Shown: positions 37,000 to 47,389 of the stretch, in pieces
How the letters are laid out: each line of letters begins with the position of its first letter
Numbering within the stretch: position 1 is the stretch's first letter
Source: Kiritimatiellia bacterium
Lineage (GTDB): Bacteria > Verrucomicrobiota > Kiritimatiellia > RFP12 > UBA1067
Length of the DNA: 64,000 nucleotides
NCBI GenBank assembly: GCA_050949565.1
Contig: JBMNFY010000008.1
Span: 96,001-160,000, forward strand
Direction of reading: 5' to 3'
Notes under the pieces: model-generated
Told to the model about the DNA's origin: nothing
Database searches by the model: none
What the model saw: only the letters and a program-made list of their open reading frames with translations
Translations under genes and position numbers: made by a program

Positions 37000-38328
37000 C
37001 TACCCGTTCAGCGTCCAGCCGGCGCGGTATTCGCGCTTGAGCAACGCATCGGCTTCGGCGCTGTTCGTCACACGGCCGGCCTTGCCGTCATAGTCGAGCT
37101 TCTTACCGACCCGGTAGGCCACCAGACCGAGGCACATCTGTTCGATCATGTCCGCGCTGTATTCGAAGTCGCACGCCGTCTTGAGCGACGGGTTCTTACA
37201 GGCCTTGATCCACTGCTTCTGGAAGTGTCCCACCGGGGGCAGCAACGCCTCTTTGGCGCGCGGTTTGTAATAGGAGAGACTGCCATCCTTGCCCAGCGGG
37301 ATCAGCACACGCGAAGTGAAGTCCGCCACCAAAATGCCTTCGGTGCCCTTGAACATCGCGCCGTGACCGATCTTGTTGATGTCCACGTACGAGCTGGGCG
37401 GATTCGGCATGGCGCCACCCTGATACCACGAGATGCTGATCGGGCCGCGCCAACTGTTGGCGGGATGCTCGAAGCGCATCTCGGCCTTGACCGGCGTCAC
37501 GTCGGGATTGAACGGATCACCCTTGGCTTCAGCGGAAGTCGGTAGACCGCAATCGACCGCATTCCACAGGAGGTCCATCGTGTGGCTGCCCATGTCGCCG
37601 ATCTGACCGGTGCCGAAGTCCCAGTACATGTTCCACTTCAGGCAGTTCGCGCCCGGACCGCCAGCAAAGTACTCGGGGTTGTAGGGATGATCGGTTTTGA
37701 CCGGCCCCAGCCACAAGTCATAATGCAGGCCGGCCGGCGGCGAACCCGCAGCGGGGAGGTAACCGGGTTTGGGAATCTGGCGGTTGCCCCACGCATACGC
37801 ACTCTTCAACTCACCGATCGCGCCGTCGCGCAGCATTTCGGCGATCCGGTTGAAGTTATCGTGCGCATGACGCTGCATGCCGACCTGCGTCGCAAGCTTG
37901 TTCTTCTTGGGCAGCCAGTTGGCGCGAACCACGCGCGCCTCTTCCACGGTGATGCCGAGCGGCTTCTCAAGGTAGACGTGCATATTGCGGTTCAACGCCC
38001 AGTTGGCAATAAAGGCGTGCGTGAAGTCGGTCGTGCAGATGACCACCGCATCAATGTCTTTTTGCTCTAGGCATTTCCGCCAGTCAACGTACGTCTTCGC
38101 CTTCGGAAAACGTTTGACCGCGTCCGCCAGATTACGCTCCCAGCAGTCGCACAGCGCCACGACATTCTCATCCGCGATGGAATCGAAGTGCGCCAGCCCC
38201 CGGCCCCATGTGCCGATCAACGCGATGTTGAGCTTGTTGCTCGCCGCATTCGCGCGCAGTCCACCCGGCAGGAGGATCAACCCCGCGCCAGTCGTGACCG
38301 CCGATTTCAGGAATTCCCTGCGTTTCAT
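37000..38328 (-). CDS. Gfo/Idh/MocA oxidoreductase with a Tat signal
   Basis: MKRREFLK Tat motif, HVYLEKPL, QVGMQ, GDMGSH. Confidence 0.93.
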   Translation of the reverse strand: MKRREFLKSAVTTGAGLILLPGGLRANAASNKLNIALIGTWGRGLAHFDSIADENVVALCDCWERNLADAVKRFPKAKTYVDWRKCLEQKDIDAVVICTTDFTHAFIANWALNRNMHVYLEKPLGITVEEARVVRANWLPKKNKLATQVGMQRHAHDNFNRIAEMLRDGAIGELKSAYAWGNRQIPKPGYLPAAGSPPAGLHYDLWLGPVKTDHPYNPEYFAGGPGANCLKWNMYWDFGTGQIGDMGSHTMDLLWNAVDCGLPTSAEAKGDPFNPDVTPVKAEMRFEHPANSWRGPISISWYQGGAMPNPPSSYVDINKIGHGAMFKGTEGILVADFTSRVLIPLGKDGSLSYYKPRAKEALLPPVGHFQKQWIKACKNPSLKTACDFEYSADMIEQMCLGLVAYRVGKKLDYDGKAGRVTNSAEADALLKREYRAGWTLNG

Positions 38329-38366
38329 TCTTTGTCCTTCGTTGTGTTCGTTGTATGAGTGAATGT

Positions 38367-39518
38367 TTACGCCCACGGCACGCGGAACGTAACCTTCGGT
38401 TTTTCACGCCCCCAGCCGGCCCGCAACCGCGCGTCCAGTTCGGACCACGCGGGCACGCCGCTCGTGGCATCGGGCTGTTCAACACTGGCGGAGCCCACCG
38501 CCACGGCCGACCGCACGCACGCGTCGGGATCGAGGCCCATGGCCACACCGGCCAGCAGCCCCGCGACCGTGCAGTCGCCCGACCCGGTCGTGCCTGCCAC
38601 CTTCGCGTCAAAGCAGGGCGCGAAGAATTCGGCTCCCGCCCAACGCCCGCAGGCCGCCTCGTCAAAGCAGCCGCACGCCGCCAGCCGCTGCGTATCGGTC
38701 GTGACGCGCAGGTAAGCGCCTTGATTGCCGAGCTTGAGCATCACCACGGCCACGCCTAGCGACAGCAGTTCACTGGCCAGCGCGCGCACGTCGTCTTCGA
38801 TCAAGCCGCCCATCGGCACGCCTTCAGCCGCCTTGTTCCGCACCACCAATCCGCGCTCGCGGTGCAGCATGAACACGATTTCGTCCAAGCTGGGTGCGAA
38901 GATATCGACCGAAGGCAACGCCTCTTCCAGGATGGCGCGCCAATCCGCCTCGCCCGAGGGCGAGGCAGGATCGGGTAACGCCATGTCCAGCGATGTGGTC
39001 AGGCCACATCCTTTGACCTTCTGGAAGAGGCGCGCCAGCTCATCCTTACGGCTATAGAACGCGCGCATCAGCGGCGGATAGCCAAAGTGGAAGAGTTGCA
39101 TGTCGGCCAGCAGTGACGGCGTCACGTCATCGGCGCCGAAGGTGTCGTTCGCGCCGGGGCAGTGCAGGAAGATACGGTCGATCCCCGGAGGGCTGATCAC
39201 CACCGTGTAGGAGGTGGCGACCGACGGATCCACGATCATCGTTTCGACCAGCGTCTCATCCAGACGCCGGAAGTAATCGCGCACCGCCATGCCGAACGCA
39301 TCGTCCCCGACCTTGCCCATCAGCCGCACCGGCAGCCCCAGACGCTTCAACGCCAGACCGGTATTGGATACCGCCCCGCCGGTCGAGAGCACCGCCGGCC
39401 CCATCTCCACCAACTTGCCGGGCTGCATCACCGCGTCAATCGTCGGTGCGCCGCGCAGGAAGGTCGGGATGATATCGAGGCAGACGTGCCCCGCCGCCAC
39501 AATTTTCAGGCCGCTCAT
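38367..39518 (-). CDS. PfkB-family carbohydrate kinase
   Basis: GGAVSNTG, GKVGDD and GTTGSGD motifs. Confidence 0.92.
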   Translation of the reverse strand: MSGLKIVAAGHVCLDIIPTFLRGAPTIDAVMQPGKLVEMGPAVLSTGGAVSNTGLALKRLGLPVRLMGKVGDDAFGMAVRDYFRRLDETLVETMIVDPSVATSYTVVISPPGIDRIFLHCPGANDTFGADDVTPSLLADMQLFHFGYPPLMRAFYSRKDELARLFQKVKGCGLTTSLDMALPDPASPSGEADWRAILEEALPSVDIFAPSLDEIVFMLHRERGLVVRNKAAEGVPMGGLIEDDVRALASELLSLGVAVVMLKLGNQGAYLRVTTDTQRLAACGCFDEAACGRWAGAEFFAPCFDAKVAGTTGSGDCTVAGLLAGVAMGLDPDACVRSAVAVGSASVEQPDATSGVPAWSELDARLRAGWGREKPKVTFRVPWA

Positions 39519-39529
39519 CGTGTGAATCC

Positions 39530-40459
39530 TCAGTGCATGTCCACGACCACCTCGCCGATGCCGCTGCGCAGGTAGTTGAACTGGACATTGGGGTGATCCG
39601 CCAACAGCGACATCGGCACGCTGCTGTCCGGAATGCGCTTCGAGATCATCAGCGCGGAGAGCCGGATACCGAACGGGTTGTCGTGGTGACCGGGATGCCA
39701 GATCGAAACCTTGGCCGACTTCCACGTCTCCACCGGACCGACTGTCGACGCGCGCGTCGGCACCAGAGCAACGTTGCCGCCGCCCGAGGTACGCGCGTTC
39801 TGGATGACCGTGACAGGATGCAGATCAACGAGACGCGTGGCGAGCTTGCGATACTCCTCCGGCGACGGCGGCGCATCCGCATAGGCACCTTCGCGCTTGA
39901 CCGGGTCATTGAAGGCCCAGTGCTTGATCTCGCCCTGACCGCCCTGCATCAGCAGACATTTGATTTCGTCGAAGGAGCGGGTGAAGGCCGCAAGATCGCC
40001 GGTCGGGAAGTGCATATTCTCAGCGGGCATGCGCAGCTCCGGCTTGATCCGGTCGAAACACATCTCGCGGTCGCACTTGGAGAAGGAAAGCGGATGATCG
40101 GTCGAGACGATTTTGCCATTTTCGACCCATTCGTCCATCCCCCAGAAATGCGCGTCGCGCAGGTTCAACCCGATCGCGTTCACAATGCGGGCCACCAGCG
40201 GCAAATGCTCAGTCGGGCCGATCGGGCCGCACACGCCGGTCGGATTGTCGGGCGTGGCCTGTTGCCAGGCCTCGATGTACTCTAACGCCTCGGCCGTGTA
40301 AAACTCCTCGACTGTGTCGTAGATGCAGACTTTGAATCCCGGACGCGAAAGCTGCTCAAGATCCTTGGCGGTGAGCGCCGCCGCATCGTTCAGAATCTCG
40401 CTGTCCAATGTCGTGTAGTCCCACCATCCGGGGGCCAGTTTACTGATCGCTCGTGCCAT
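39530..40459 (-). CDS. NagB-like glucosamine-6-phosphate isomerase/deaminase family protein
   Basis: PIGPT, FWGMDEW, HPLSF and [14 protein letters not shown] resemble NagB-fold motifs. Confidence 0.75.
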   Translation of the reverse strand: MARAISKLAPGWWDYTTLDSEILNDAAALTAKDLEQLSRPGFKVCIYDTVEEFYTAEALEYIEAWQQATPDNPTGVCGPIGPTEHLPLVARIVNAIGLNLRDAHFWGMDEWVENGKIVSTDHPLSFSKCDREMCFDRIKPELRMPAENMHFPTGDLAAFTRSFDEIKCLLMQGGQGEIKHWAFNDPVKREGAYADAPPSPEEYRKLATRLVDLHPVTVIQNARTSGGGNVALVPTRASTVGPVETWKSAKVSIWHPGHHDNPFGIRLSALMISKRIPDSSVPMSLLADHPNVQFNYLRSGIGEVVVDMH

Positions 40460-41267
40460 CTTTCATCTCCTTGTTTGATTGTTTCAAAAAGGGGGCCAAC
40501 GCTGTCTCCAGCGGCGCATAATCGGCTGCGCAGTACCCCATGTGATTGTGCCGACGCCAGCCCTCTGCGAACTCGCAGCCGCCATAGCGGCGACCGACCT
40601 CGCGCGCCGCATCGACCATACTTTCCACATAGGACCCCATGCCTTGCGTTGCGTCCAACCACTCGCGCTGACTGGTGTGGCAAGCCAGCATCTCGCGCCG
40701 CTGCGCCATCACGCTGCCCACGTCGATGCAGAACTCCGGCCTGACCGGCCTGCACAGCATGTCCATCAGGCTGTGCGGCAACGAATGATAGACCGCCACC
40801 GGCTTGTTGGTAGACGGCAACGGCGGATCAGTCACGTAACTGGGCAGGCAGCGGTTGAACGCAGCGGACGCTGCAAGGCGCGACGCATACTCATGGTCTT
40901 CCATGTAATCGTACATCGAAAGTGTCAGCAGGATGTCGGGACAGACCTTGCGGAACACGGCGGAGGCCTTGGCCAGCGAATCGGCATTATAGAAAAGTCC
41001 CACATCGTCGAAGAGCGACGGGTGCCAGATTGCGCCAGCCACGCGCGCCGCGTCCTGCGCCTCCAGCGCCCGCACGCGCGCCGTTTCTTCTTTGTCATAA
41101 ACCTGCGAGCCGTAACAACCGTTGGCCAAGTTGCAGACGTGGATCTCCGCGCCAGCCTGCTTCAACAGAAGCAGCGTTCCACTCATCATGAACTCAATGT
41201 CGTCCGGGTGCGCGGCCATCGCCAGCGCAATCAGGCGTCCCTCCTTAGGGTTCTCGTTCTGTCCCAT
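40440..41267 (-). CDS. PIG-L/LmbE family N-deacetylase
   Basis: AHPDDIE, DYMEDH and CHTSQ motifs. Confidence 0.9.
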   Translation of the reverse strand: MGQNENPKEGRLIALAMAAHPDDIEFMMSGTLLLLKQAGAEIHVCNLANGCYGSQVYDKEETARVRALEAQDAARVAGAIWHPSLFDDVGLFYNADSLAKASAVFRKVCPDILLTLSMYDYMEDHEYASRLAASAAFNRCLPSYVTDPPLPSTNKPVAVYHSLPHSLMDMLCRPVRPEFCIDVGSVMAQRREMLACHTSQREWLDATQGMGSYVESMVDAAREVGRRYGGCEFAEGWRRHNHMGYCAADYAPLETALAPFLKQSNKEMKDGTSDQ

Positions 41268-41282
41268 GCCTATCCTATCCTT

Positions 41283-42383
41283 TCATTTCATTGACAATGG
41301 GGTCACAATCACATGTTCCGGTGCCACCCACACCGACGCCTTCTCGCCTTCACGACTGCGCCCGGCCACCGGATTCAGTTCGACCGCAGTCAGCAAGCAG
41401 GGAGCGGCGCCATCGGCCGACGGTACGCCGATCTGATGCTGCGCGACCTCGCCTAAGTACACACTTTCACAAAAATGTCCGCTGAGCAAATTGTCGGACG
41501 ACGCATCCGGCGGCGGACGCAGGCTTAACGCCTCCGGCCGCAGACAAAGCGTCACGCGATCTCCGGCCGACACCCCCTGCGGCGCACTCGCGGCGTGCAA
41601 CGCCCCGATACGCGTGGACACGCGCACCCCGCGCTCCTCCAGCGCCTCGATCTGCCCATCAATAAACGTGCCCTCACCGATGAACCCCGCGACAAAGCGG
41701 CTGACGGGTGCGCGATAGACCTCTTCCGGCGTGCCGGTCTGTTCAATCACGCCGTCGCGCATCACGGCGAGGCGGTCGGCCACTGAGAGCGCCTCTTTCT
41801 GATCGTGCGTGACATAGACTGCAGTGAGGCCCGCCTGCTTGCAGATACGGCGGATCTCCATGCGCATCTCCAGCCGTAGCTTGGCGTCCAGATTCGAAAG
41901 CGGCTCGTCCAACAGCAGACAGCGCGGGCGGATGACCAGCGCACGCGCCAAGGCCACACGCTGCTGCTGGCCGCCGGAAAGCTGATTGGGGCGCGCCTTA
42001 GCGCGGTCCGCCAGATGGACAAGCTCCAGCGCCTCCCCCACCCGCTTGCGCAACTCAGCGCGCGGCACCTTGCGCATCTCAAGCCCGAAGGCCACATTTT
42101 CCTCGATGGTCATGTGCGGCCACAGCGCGTAACTCTGAAACATCATGCCGGTGTCGCGACGGTACGGCGGCAGCGCAGTCACATCCTCATCGCCGATCAG
42201 GATACGGCCGCTCTCCGGACGGTAAAAACCGGCGATACAACGCAACAGCGTGGTCTTGCCGCAACCACTCGGCCCCAGCAGAAAGAAGAGCTCGCCTGCC
42301 CGCACTTCCAGCGACACCTCCTTCAACGCCGTGTAAGCGCCGAACACCTTGACCACGTTTTCAATCGTGACGGAAACCGCCAT
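41283..42383 (-). CDS. ABC transporter ATP-binding protein (PotA/FbpC-like, TOBE domain)
   Basis: GPSGCGKT, LSGGQQQR, LLLDEPLSNLD, VTHDQ. Confidence 0.95.
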   Translation of the reverse strand: MAVSVTIENVVKVFGAYTALKEVSLEVRAGELFFLLGPSGCGKTTLLRCIAGFYRPESGRILIGDEDVTALPPYRRDTGMMFQSYALWPHMTIEENVAFGLEMRKVPRAELRKRVGEALELVHLADRAKARPNQLSGGQQQRVALARALVIRPRCLLLDEPLSNLDAKLRLEMRMEIRRICKQAGLTAVYVTHDQKEALSVADRLAVMRDGVIEQTGTPEEVYRAPVSRFVAGFIGEGTFIDGQIEALEERGVRVSTRIGALHAASAPQGVSAGDRVTLCLRPEALSLRPPPDASSDNLLSGHFCESVYLGEVAQHQIGVPSADGAAPCLLTAVELNPVAGRSREGEKASVWVAPEHVIVTPLSMK

Positions 42384-42557
42384 CCCGCATCATTCCCTTT
42401 CGCACCGGTTGTGCCCCCTCTCTCATTTTGAAGCCAACACAGTCATCTTTGAAGAGTATCGCTAATTACTGGCTGGACCGCAACCAATTTCGATTGCGGT
42501 CTGCCAGCCCTTTCTGTAACGTATTGGCATTTTTCACTGCTGATACGAGGAGATTTC

Positions 42558-43067
42558 ATGAGCGATTTGTGTCCATGCGGCAGCGGCATCGTCTTCGAAT
42601 CCTGTTGCGAACCTTATCTGATCGAGCGGGAAAAACCCGCAACCGCCGCAGCGTTGATGCGTTCGCGTTACAGTGCATATGCACTGGGCGCGGTCGACTA
42701 CTTATACAAAACCTCAGGACCCAAAGTCCGTAAAGAATTTGATGCCGAGAGCAGTCGCAAGTGGGCGGAATCCGCGACATGGACGGGCATTGAGATCCTC
42801 GAAGAGACCGGGGGGAGCGCCACCGATCAAACCGGAGTCGTAGAGTTCATCGCCCACTACTCGGTCAAGGAGTCTGCATTCGACCACCATGAGCGCGCCG
42901 AGTTTGAAAAGATCAATGGCGAGTGGCGTTTCATCGACGGCCACATCTTCGGCCCCACCCCGATCAGACGCGAGGAACCCAAGATCGGGCGCAACGATCC
43001 CTGCCCATGCGGCAGCGGCAAAAAGTTCAAAAAGTGCTGCGCATTGTCGGCACCGGCAGAATCATGA
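42558..43067 (+). CDS. YchJ family protein with SEC-C motifs
   Basis: CPCGSG at both ends, [16 protein letters not shown]. Confidence 0.92.
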   Translation: MSDLCPCGSGIVFESCCEPYLIEREKPATAAALMRSRYSAYALGAVDYLYKTSGPKVRKEFDAESSRKWAESATWTGIEILEETGGSATDQTGVVEFIAHYSVKESAFDHHERAEFEKINGEWRFIDGHIFGPTPIRREEPKIGRNDPCPCGSGKKFKKCCALSAPAES

Positions 43068-43759
43068 CCCTCAGCGCGGTCATCTTCGATCTTGATGGCA
43101 CGCTGGTCGATACCGAGTTGCTATGGGCGGAAGCGATGCGCGACTATCTGGCCGACCGCGGATGCATCCGTTCTAAATCCTGGATCCTCGACACCGTTTT
43201 CGGCCGATCTTGGCTCGACATCTATCACTCCATCATTGGCTTGCACCCCGCGCTGGCGCAGGTCTCGCCGCGCGACATGGCCGTCGATCTGCGAGCCTAC
43301 TACATACGGCTGCGAGAACAGGGCGACGGCATCGTGATTGCCTCCTCTGCGCGCCTGCTCAAAGATCTCGCGGCGACCTATCCGGTCATCATCGTGTCCG
43401 GCTCGCCGCGCGCGGACATCGAAGAGGCCGTCCGCCTGCTGGAGGCTGAACCGCATGTGCGGTTTGTGCTCGGCGCGGAGGACTACGCTCCGGGAAAACC
43501 CTCACCCGCAGGTTTTCTGGAGGGCGCGCGCCGCTTGGGCGTGCCTCCGCAAGAGTGCTTGGTTTTCGAAGACTCTGAAGCAGGCGTCGCTGCCGCCTGT
43601 GCCGCTGGCATGCGCTGCGTAGCGCTCGACCGACCCGGCGCGTATCCGCAAGACCTATCAGCGGCCGACTGGGTACTCAGCGACCTCGCGCAGTTTTCCG
43701 TCGATGCCCTTCAGAAACATCTCGCGCTTCAATCAAAAACCACGAAGGCCCGCACATGA
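43064..43759 (+). CDS. HAD-family phosphatase
   Basis: [13 protein letters not shown] and FEDS motifs; ATGA overlap with the upstream gene. Confidence 0.92.
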   Translation: MTLSAVIFDLDGTLVDTELLWAEAMRDYLADRGCIRSKSWILDTVFGRSWLDIYHSIIGLHPALAQVSPRDMAVDLRAYYIRLREQGDGIVIASSARLLKDLAATYPVIIVSGSPRADIEEAVRLLEAEPHVRFVLGAEDYAPGKPSPAGFLEGARRLGVPPQECLVFEDSEAGVAAACAAGMRCVALDRPGAYPQDLSAADWVLSDLAQFSVDALQKHLALQSKTTKART

Positions 43760-44412
43760 CCCCGTCCGACATCCCCGCCGTCAACCGCAAACTGAAGGAG
43801 GCGTATCACCGTGTCAAGGCACCGATCGTCGATCTGCTGGCGATCCAGACTCGCGATCCGTTCCGCGTCCTGCTGGCCACCATCCTGAGCGCGCGAACCA
43901 AGGACGCCTGTACCGCAGCCGCCTGTGAACGGCTTTTCAAGGTCGTCACCACCCCCGACGACTTGCGCCGCATCAGCCAAGACGAGTTGGAGAAACTCAT
44001 CTACCCGGTCGGCTTCTATCGCAACAAGGCGCAACACCTGAAGGCACTGCCCGACGTTCTGGAGCAAAAATTTGGCGGCGTGCTCCCCGATACGGTCGAG
44101 GAGTTGTGCGAACTACCGGGCGTCGGCCGCAAAACGGCAAATCTCGTGGTGGCGCAGGGCTTTGGCAAGCCTGCCATCTGCGTAGACGTGCATGTTCACC
44201 GGATCACCAATCGTCTGGGACTGGTTCAGACCAAGACCCCGCTCGAGACCGAAATGGCGCTACGGCAGATTCTTCCGACCCGCTACTGGATCACCTGGAA
44301 CTCGTATCTGGTCGCCTTCGGGCAAACACGCTGCACCCCGCGTAACCCCCGCTGTGACGGCTGCCCCATCGCCGCCTACTGCGACGCCCGCGAAACGAAC
44401 GTTGAGCGTTGA
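43756..44412 (+). CDS. nth: Endonuclease III
   Basis: LPGVGRKTA HhH motif, VDVHV, C-x6-C-x2-C-x5-C Fe-S cluster motif. Confidence 0.93.
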   Translation: MTPSDIPAVNRKLKEAYHRVKAPIVDLLAIQTRDPFRVLLATILSARTKDACTAAACERLFKVVTTPDDLRRISQDELEKLIYPVGFYRNKAQHLKALPDVLEQKFGGVLPDTVEELCELPGVGRKTANLVVAQGFGKPAICVDVHVHRITNRLGLVQTKTPLETEMALRQILPTRYWITWNSYLVAFGQTRCTPRNPRCDGCPIAAYCDARETNVER

Positions 44413-44429
44413 GCGGTTCCTCCGGCATT

Positions 44430-44538
44430 GGAGGGCGAGTGTCCCCACGAGCCGCCTTCCGCGCTGTGCGCGGAGGGAAAGCCAGATGTGGCACGGGCAT
44501 CTTGCCCGTGTTTCATGGGCGGGACGCCCATGCCACGA
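44430..44538. repeat. REP-like palindrome cluster
   Basis: GGAGGGCGAGTGTCCCCACGAGCCG.. plus GTGGCACGGGCATCTTGCCCGTG / CATGGGCGGGACGCCCATGCCAC, the reverse complement of the MITE core. Confidence 0.9.
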
Positions 44539-44557
44539 GAGGCAAGGGCCTCAACCA

Positions 44558-44899
44558 TCAAAAGAAATCATCATCGGCGTCGGACTCGTCTTCTTCCTCC
44601 TCATCGGCACCGAACGCCATTTCGTCATCGCCCCACAGGTCATCATCCACGTCATCATCCGCGCCGTCGCTGGCAAACAGCCTGCTCCGCAACGCGCCCG
44701 AGCCATGCGCCGCCTCGCAAAACGGGCAGTCAAACTCGTCGCAGGTCACGCAATCCGCGGGTGAAAAGTCACGCGCATCGATTTCGCCGTCGAGCACCAA
44801 CGGACACGACCGCGCGGTCGGCCCCTGCGGTTTTCCACCTTCTGCTTCTCTGCCTTTTTCTACTTTACTCATCGCTGTCACCACCTTCTTGGTCCGCAA
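44558..44899 (-). CDS. Small Cys-rich protein with an acidic tail
   Basis: CVTC..CPFC followed by a D/E-rich C-terminus; directly downstream of rnc. Confidence 0.55.
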   Translation of the reverse strand: MRTKKVVTAMSKVEKGREAEGGKPQGPTARSCPLVLDGEIDARDFSPADCVTCDEFDCPFCEAAHGSGALRSRLFASDGADDDVDDDLWGDDEMAFGADEEEEDESDADDDFF

Positions 44900-44925
44900 T
44901 GCCGCCGCAGTCGCGCGGCCGGCTT

Positions 44926-45660
44926 TTACGGATCATCAATTGCTACACCTTTTTCAACCAACACCTTGAGCAACGCCGCCGCAGCGGCCTTTTCCGCAGC
45001 GCGTTTCGTCTTGCCTTCGCCAAATGCCTGATGACCGCCGTGTACGCGCGCAGCCACGCGATACTCGGGCGCATGCTGCGGCCCCGATGTCTGCACCAAT
45101 TCATACGTGGGCGAGTCCGGCCAAGCATAGTGTTGCGCGACCTCTTGCAACTTGCCTTTTGGGTTATCCCTTTCAGTGTCGATCGGAATATCCTCGCAAC
45201 CGGCCATGACGGTCTCGAAGACCGCTCCGGCGGCCGACAGCCCACCGTCGCACCATGCGGCACCGAACAGCGCCTCCATCGCGTCCGCCAGCGTATTGTC
45301 ATTCTCGCGCCCGCCCGCCGCCGCGTCACCGCGTCCCAGCCGCAACCAATCACCCACGCCGAGCCGACGCGCCATGTCTGCCAGCGCACGCCCGCTCGCC
45401 AGCAGGCTGCGACGAACGGTCAACATGCCCTCGTCCGCATCCGCATACCGCGCGAAAAGCCACTGCGCACACAAGAGCCCAAAGACCGCGTCGCCCAAAA
45501 ACTCCAGCCGCTGATTATCGCGGACTTCAGGCCCGGGGTGATCCGTACGGTAAGACGGCGCCGTCACCGCTGTTTGCAGCCACACCCGATCCTTGAACGC
45601 ATATCCCAGTTTCTGTTCCAACGCGTCCAAAGACGGCTCCACTTCATCCAAAAACGCCAC
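44926..45660 (-). CDS. rnc: Ribonuclease III
   Basis: NQRLEFLGDAV, ADAMEALFGA and a C-terminal dsRBD. Confidence 0.96.
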   Translation of the reverse strand: MAFLDEVEPSLDALEQKLGYAFKDRVWLQTAVTAPSYRTDHPGPEVRDNQRLEFLGDAVFGLLCAQWLFARYADADEGMLTVRRSLLASGRALADMARRLGVGDWLRLGRGDAAAGGRENDNTLADAMEALFGAAWCDGGLSAAGAVFETVMAGCEDIPIDTERDNPKGKLQEVAQHYAWPDSPTYELVQTSGPQHAPEYRVAARVHGGHQAFGEGKTKRAAEKAAAAALLKVLVEKGVAIDDP

Positions 45661-45816
45661 ATCGACTCCTCAATACAAAGCACTTGTCCATGGCACGTTA
45701 TTGTGCCCAAAACGGCCGGTCAGTACAAGGCAATCCCTTATTGCGACCGCCCAGTGGTCGCAATGATGAGTGTAAAAACGGGCGGGGCGCGGCTACGTGG
45801 TACAAGGTTTTAACCT

Positions 45817-47310
45817 CGTCTTTGTGACCACTGGGTCGCGGTCCGTCAAATAGAAAAGACACCGTAGGTTTTTTTGAGGCGGTGACGATCCGTCAAATAC
45901 TGGACACCGAGGGGGTCAAGGGACGAGGGGCTGGTCAACGGCGTGAAGGGTGGCCGAGTTCCGCGCCCTGTCCCGCCGGTATTCCGGCGGGACAGGGCGC
46001 GGAACCCGGGGTGGTCATCCCTTGCGCTTCGCGTTTGGCGAGCTTGTTCTGCTTGCGCAGGATCAGCGCGTATCGGCGGCGGATGTCCTCAAGGAGGCGG
46101 ATCGGATTGGTCTTTTCGCGGAGCGCGGTAAGACGCCGGATCACGGCGGGGTCCGCGTATCCCGACGCAATCACCCTGTCGAGGGGCGTGGCGGGCTTGT
46201 CGTAACGCTTGGAGAAGCCGTGCGAGTCCGGCCTTTTGGTTTTGGAGATGAGCCGCTTGCAGGGGCGGAAGAGGTTGTTGTACAGCGATATCTTCGCGCA
46301 CAGGACGTCCATGTCCTTCTTGAGCTCGATGCGGTCGATGCGCTCGTAGCCGAAATACTCGCGGACGACGGAGGCGTTCTTCTGCTCCACGCGGGCGTTG
46401 TCGTTCTTGTTCCCGGGGCGGGAACGGGTGAAGGCGAGGGGGCGGGGGCGGTCCCGCGCGTAGCCGAGCACGTGGGCGTTGAGGAACTCCAGCCCGCTGT
46501 CCGAGTGCATGGCCGTGAGCGGGAACGGGAACGCGGCCTCGGCGTCGGCGAGGCCTTCCTTGGTCGCGGCCGCGCCGCGGTTCCAGACGCAGCGCAGCTC
46601 CGTCCACTGCGTCAGGCGGTCCGTGAGCGTGAGGATCCAGAAGAAGTTGCCGCTCATGTCGCCCCCGCAGAGCGCGACCGTGTCGACCTGCGTGTCGCCG
46701 GGGGCGGCGGGCGGCAGCGCCTCGCCCGGGACGCAGGGGACGCTCGACGCCAGCGCGTTCGCCCCGCTGCGGCGGTTGCGGCGGCGCGGGGCCTCGCGCG
46801 GGTGCTTGCGGAGGATGCGCTCCATCGTCGACGCGCTCATGCGCAGAACCTGCGCCGCGGCCGCCTCGTCGACATGCTCGAGCTCGCGCAGCGCGGCCAT
46901 CTGGCGGTCCGCCACGGTCACAAGGTACTGGGGCGTCATGCGTCCCGAGGCGCGCCAGAGACGCAGGAACAGGGCTTCCGCCCCGGGCGTGTACGTCTTC
47001 CCGCGCCCGGCGTGATCGCGGTACTTCCGGTTGCCGGTCAGCAGCCGGATGGCGTATTTGCGCTCGGCCCCCGTGACCTGGCAGAAGTCGTCGATCGCGG
47101 CACTCTTGGCCTTCTTGCTCTTCAGTTTTGAATAGGCGCGACGCTTCGCGCCGACGTATTCCATCGTGGCTTTCCGTGACATCTCGTTTCTCATGCGAGC
47201 CGATTCTAGCACGGTGTCCAGTATTTGACGGATGCGCTTGATTTCCGGACACCGCGATTTTGGCTACGGTGTCCATGACTATGACATACCGCGGGGTGGT
47301 CACAAAAACA
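45817..47310. mobile_element. Insertion sequence with an rve-type DDE transposase (IS481-like/ISNCY) and long multipartite inverted ends
   Basis: Inverted TTTGTGACCAC ... GACACCGTAG ... ATCCGTCAAATACTGGACACCG at both ends; GC clearly higher than flanks; exact termini and TSD not resolved. Confidence 0.85.
45935..47182 (-). CDS. DDE integrase-core transposase
   Basis: QVDTV, HSDSGLEF and SRPGNKNDNARVEQKN motifs. Confidence 0.92.
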   Translation of the reverse strand: MSRKATMEYVGAKRRAYSKLKSKKAKSAAIDDFCQVTGAERKYAIRLLTGNRKYRDHAGRGKTYTPGAEALFLRLWRASGRMTPQYLVTVADRQMAALRELEHVDEAAAAQVLRMSASTMERILRKHPREAPRRRNRRSGANALASSVPCVPGEALPPAAPGDTQVDTVALCGGDMSGNFFWILTLTDRLTQWTELRCVWNRGAAATKEGLADAEAAFPFPLTAMHSDSGLEFLNAHVLGYARDRPRPLAFTRSRPGNKNDNARVEQKNASVVREYFGYERIDRIELKKDMDVLCAKISLYNNLFRPCKRLISKTKRPDSHGFSKRYDKPATPLDRVIASGYADPAVIRRLTALREKTNPIRLLEDIRRRYALILRKQNKLAKREAQGMTTPGSAPCPAGIPAGQGAELGHPSRR

Positions 47311-47389
47311 CATCGAAGCTTGACGATACCCCCTGAATCCGAGACAATGAAACTTTGCACTTAAGGACTCTTTTCGGGAGCAGAAGCAG

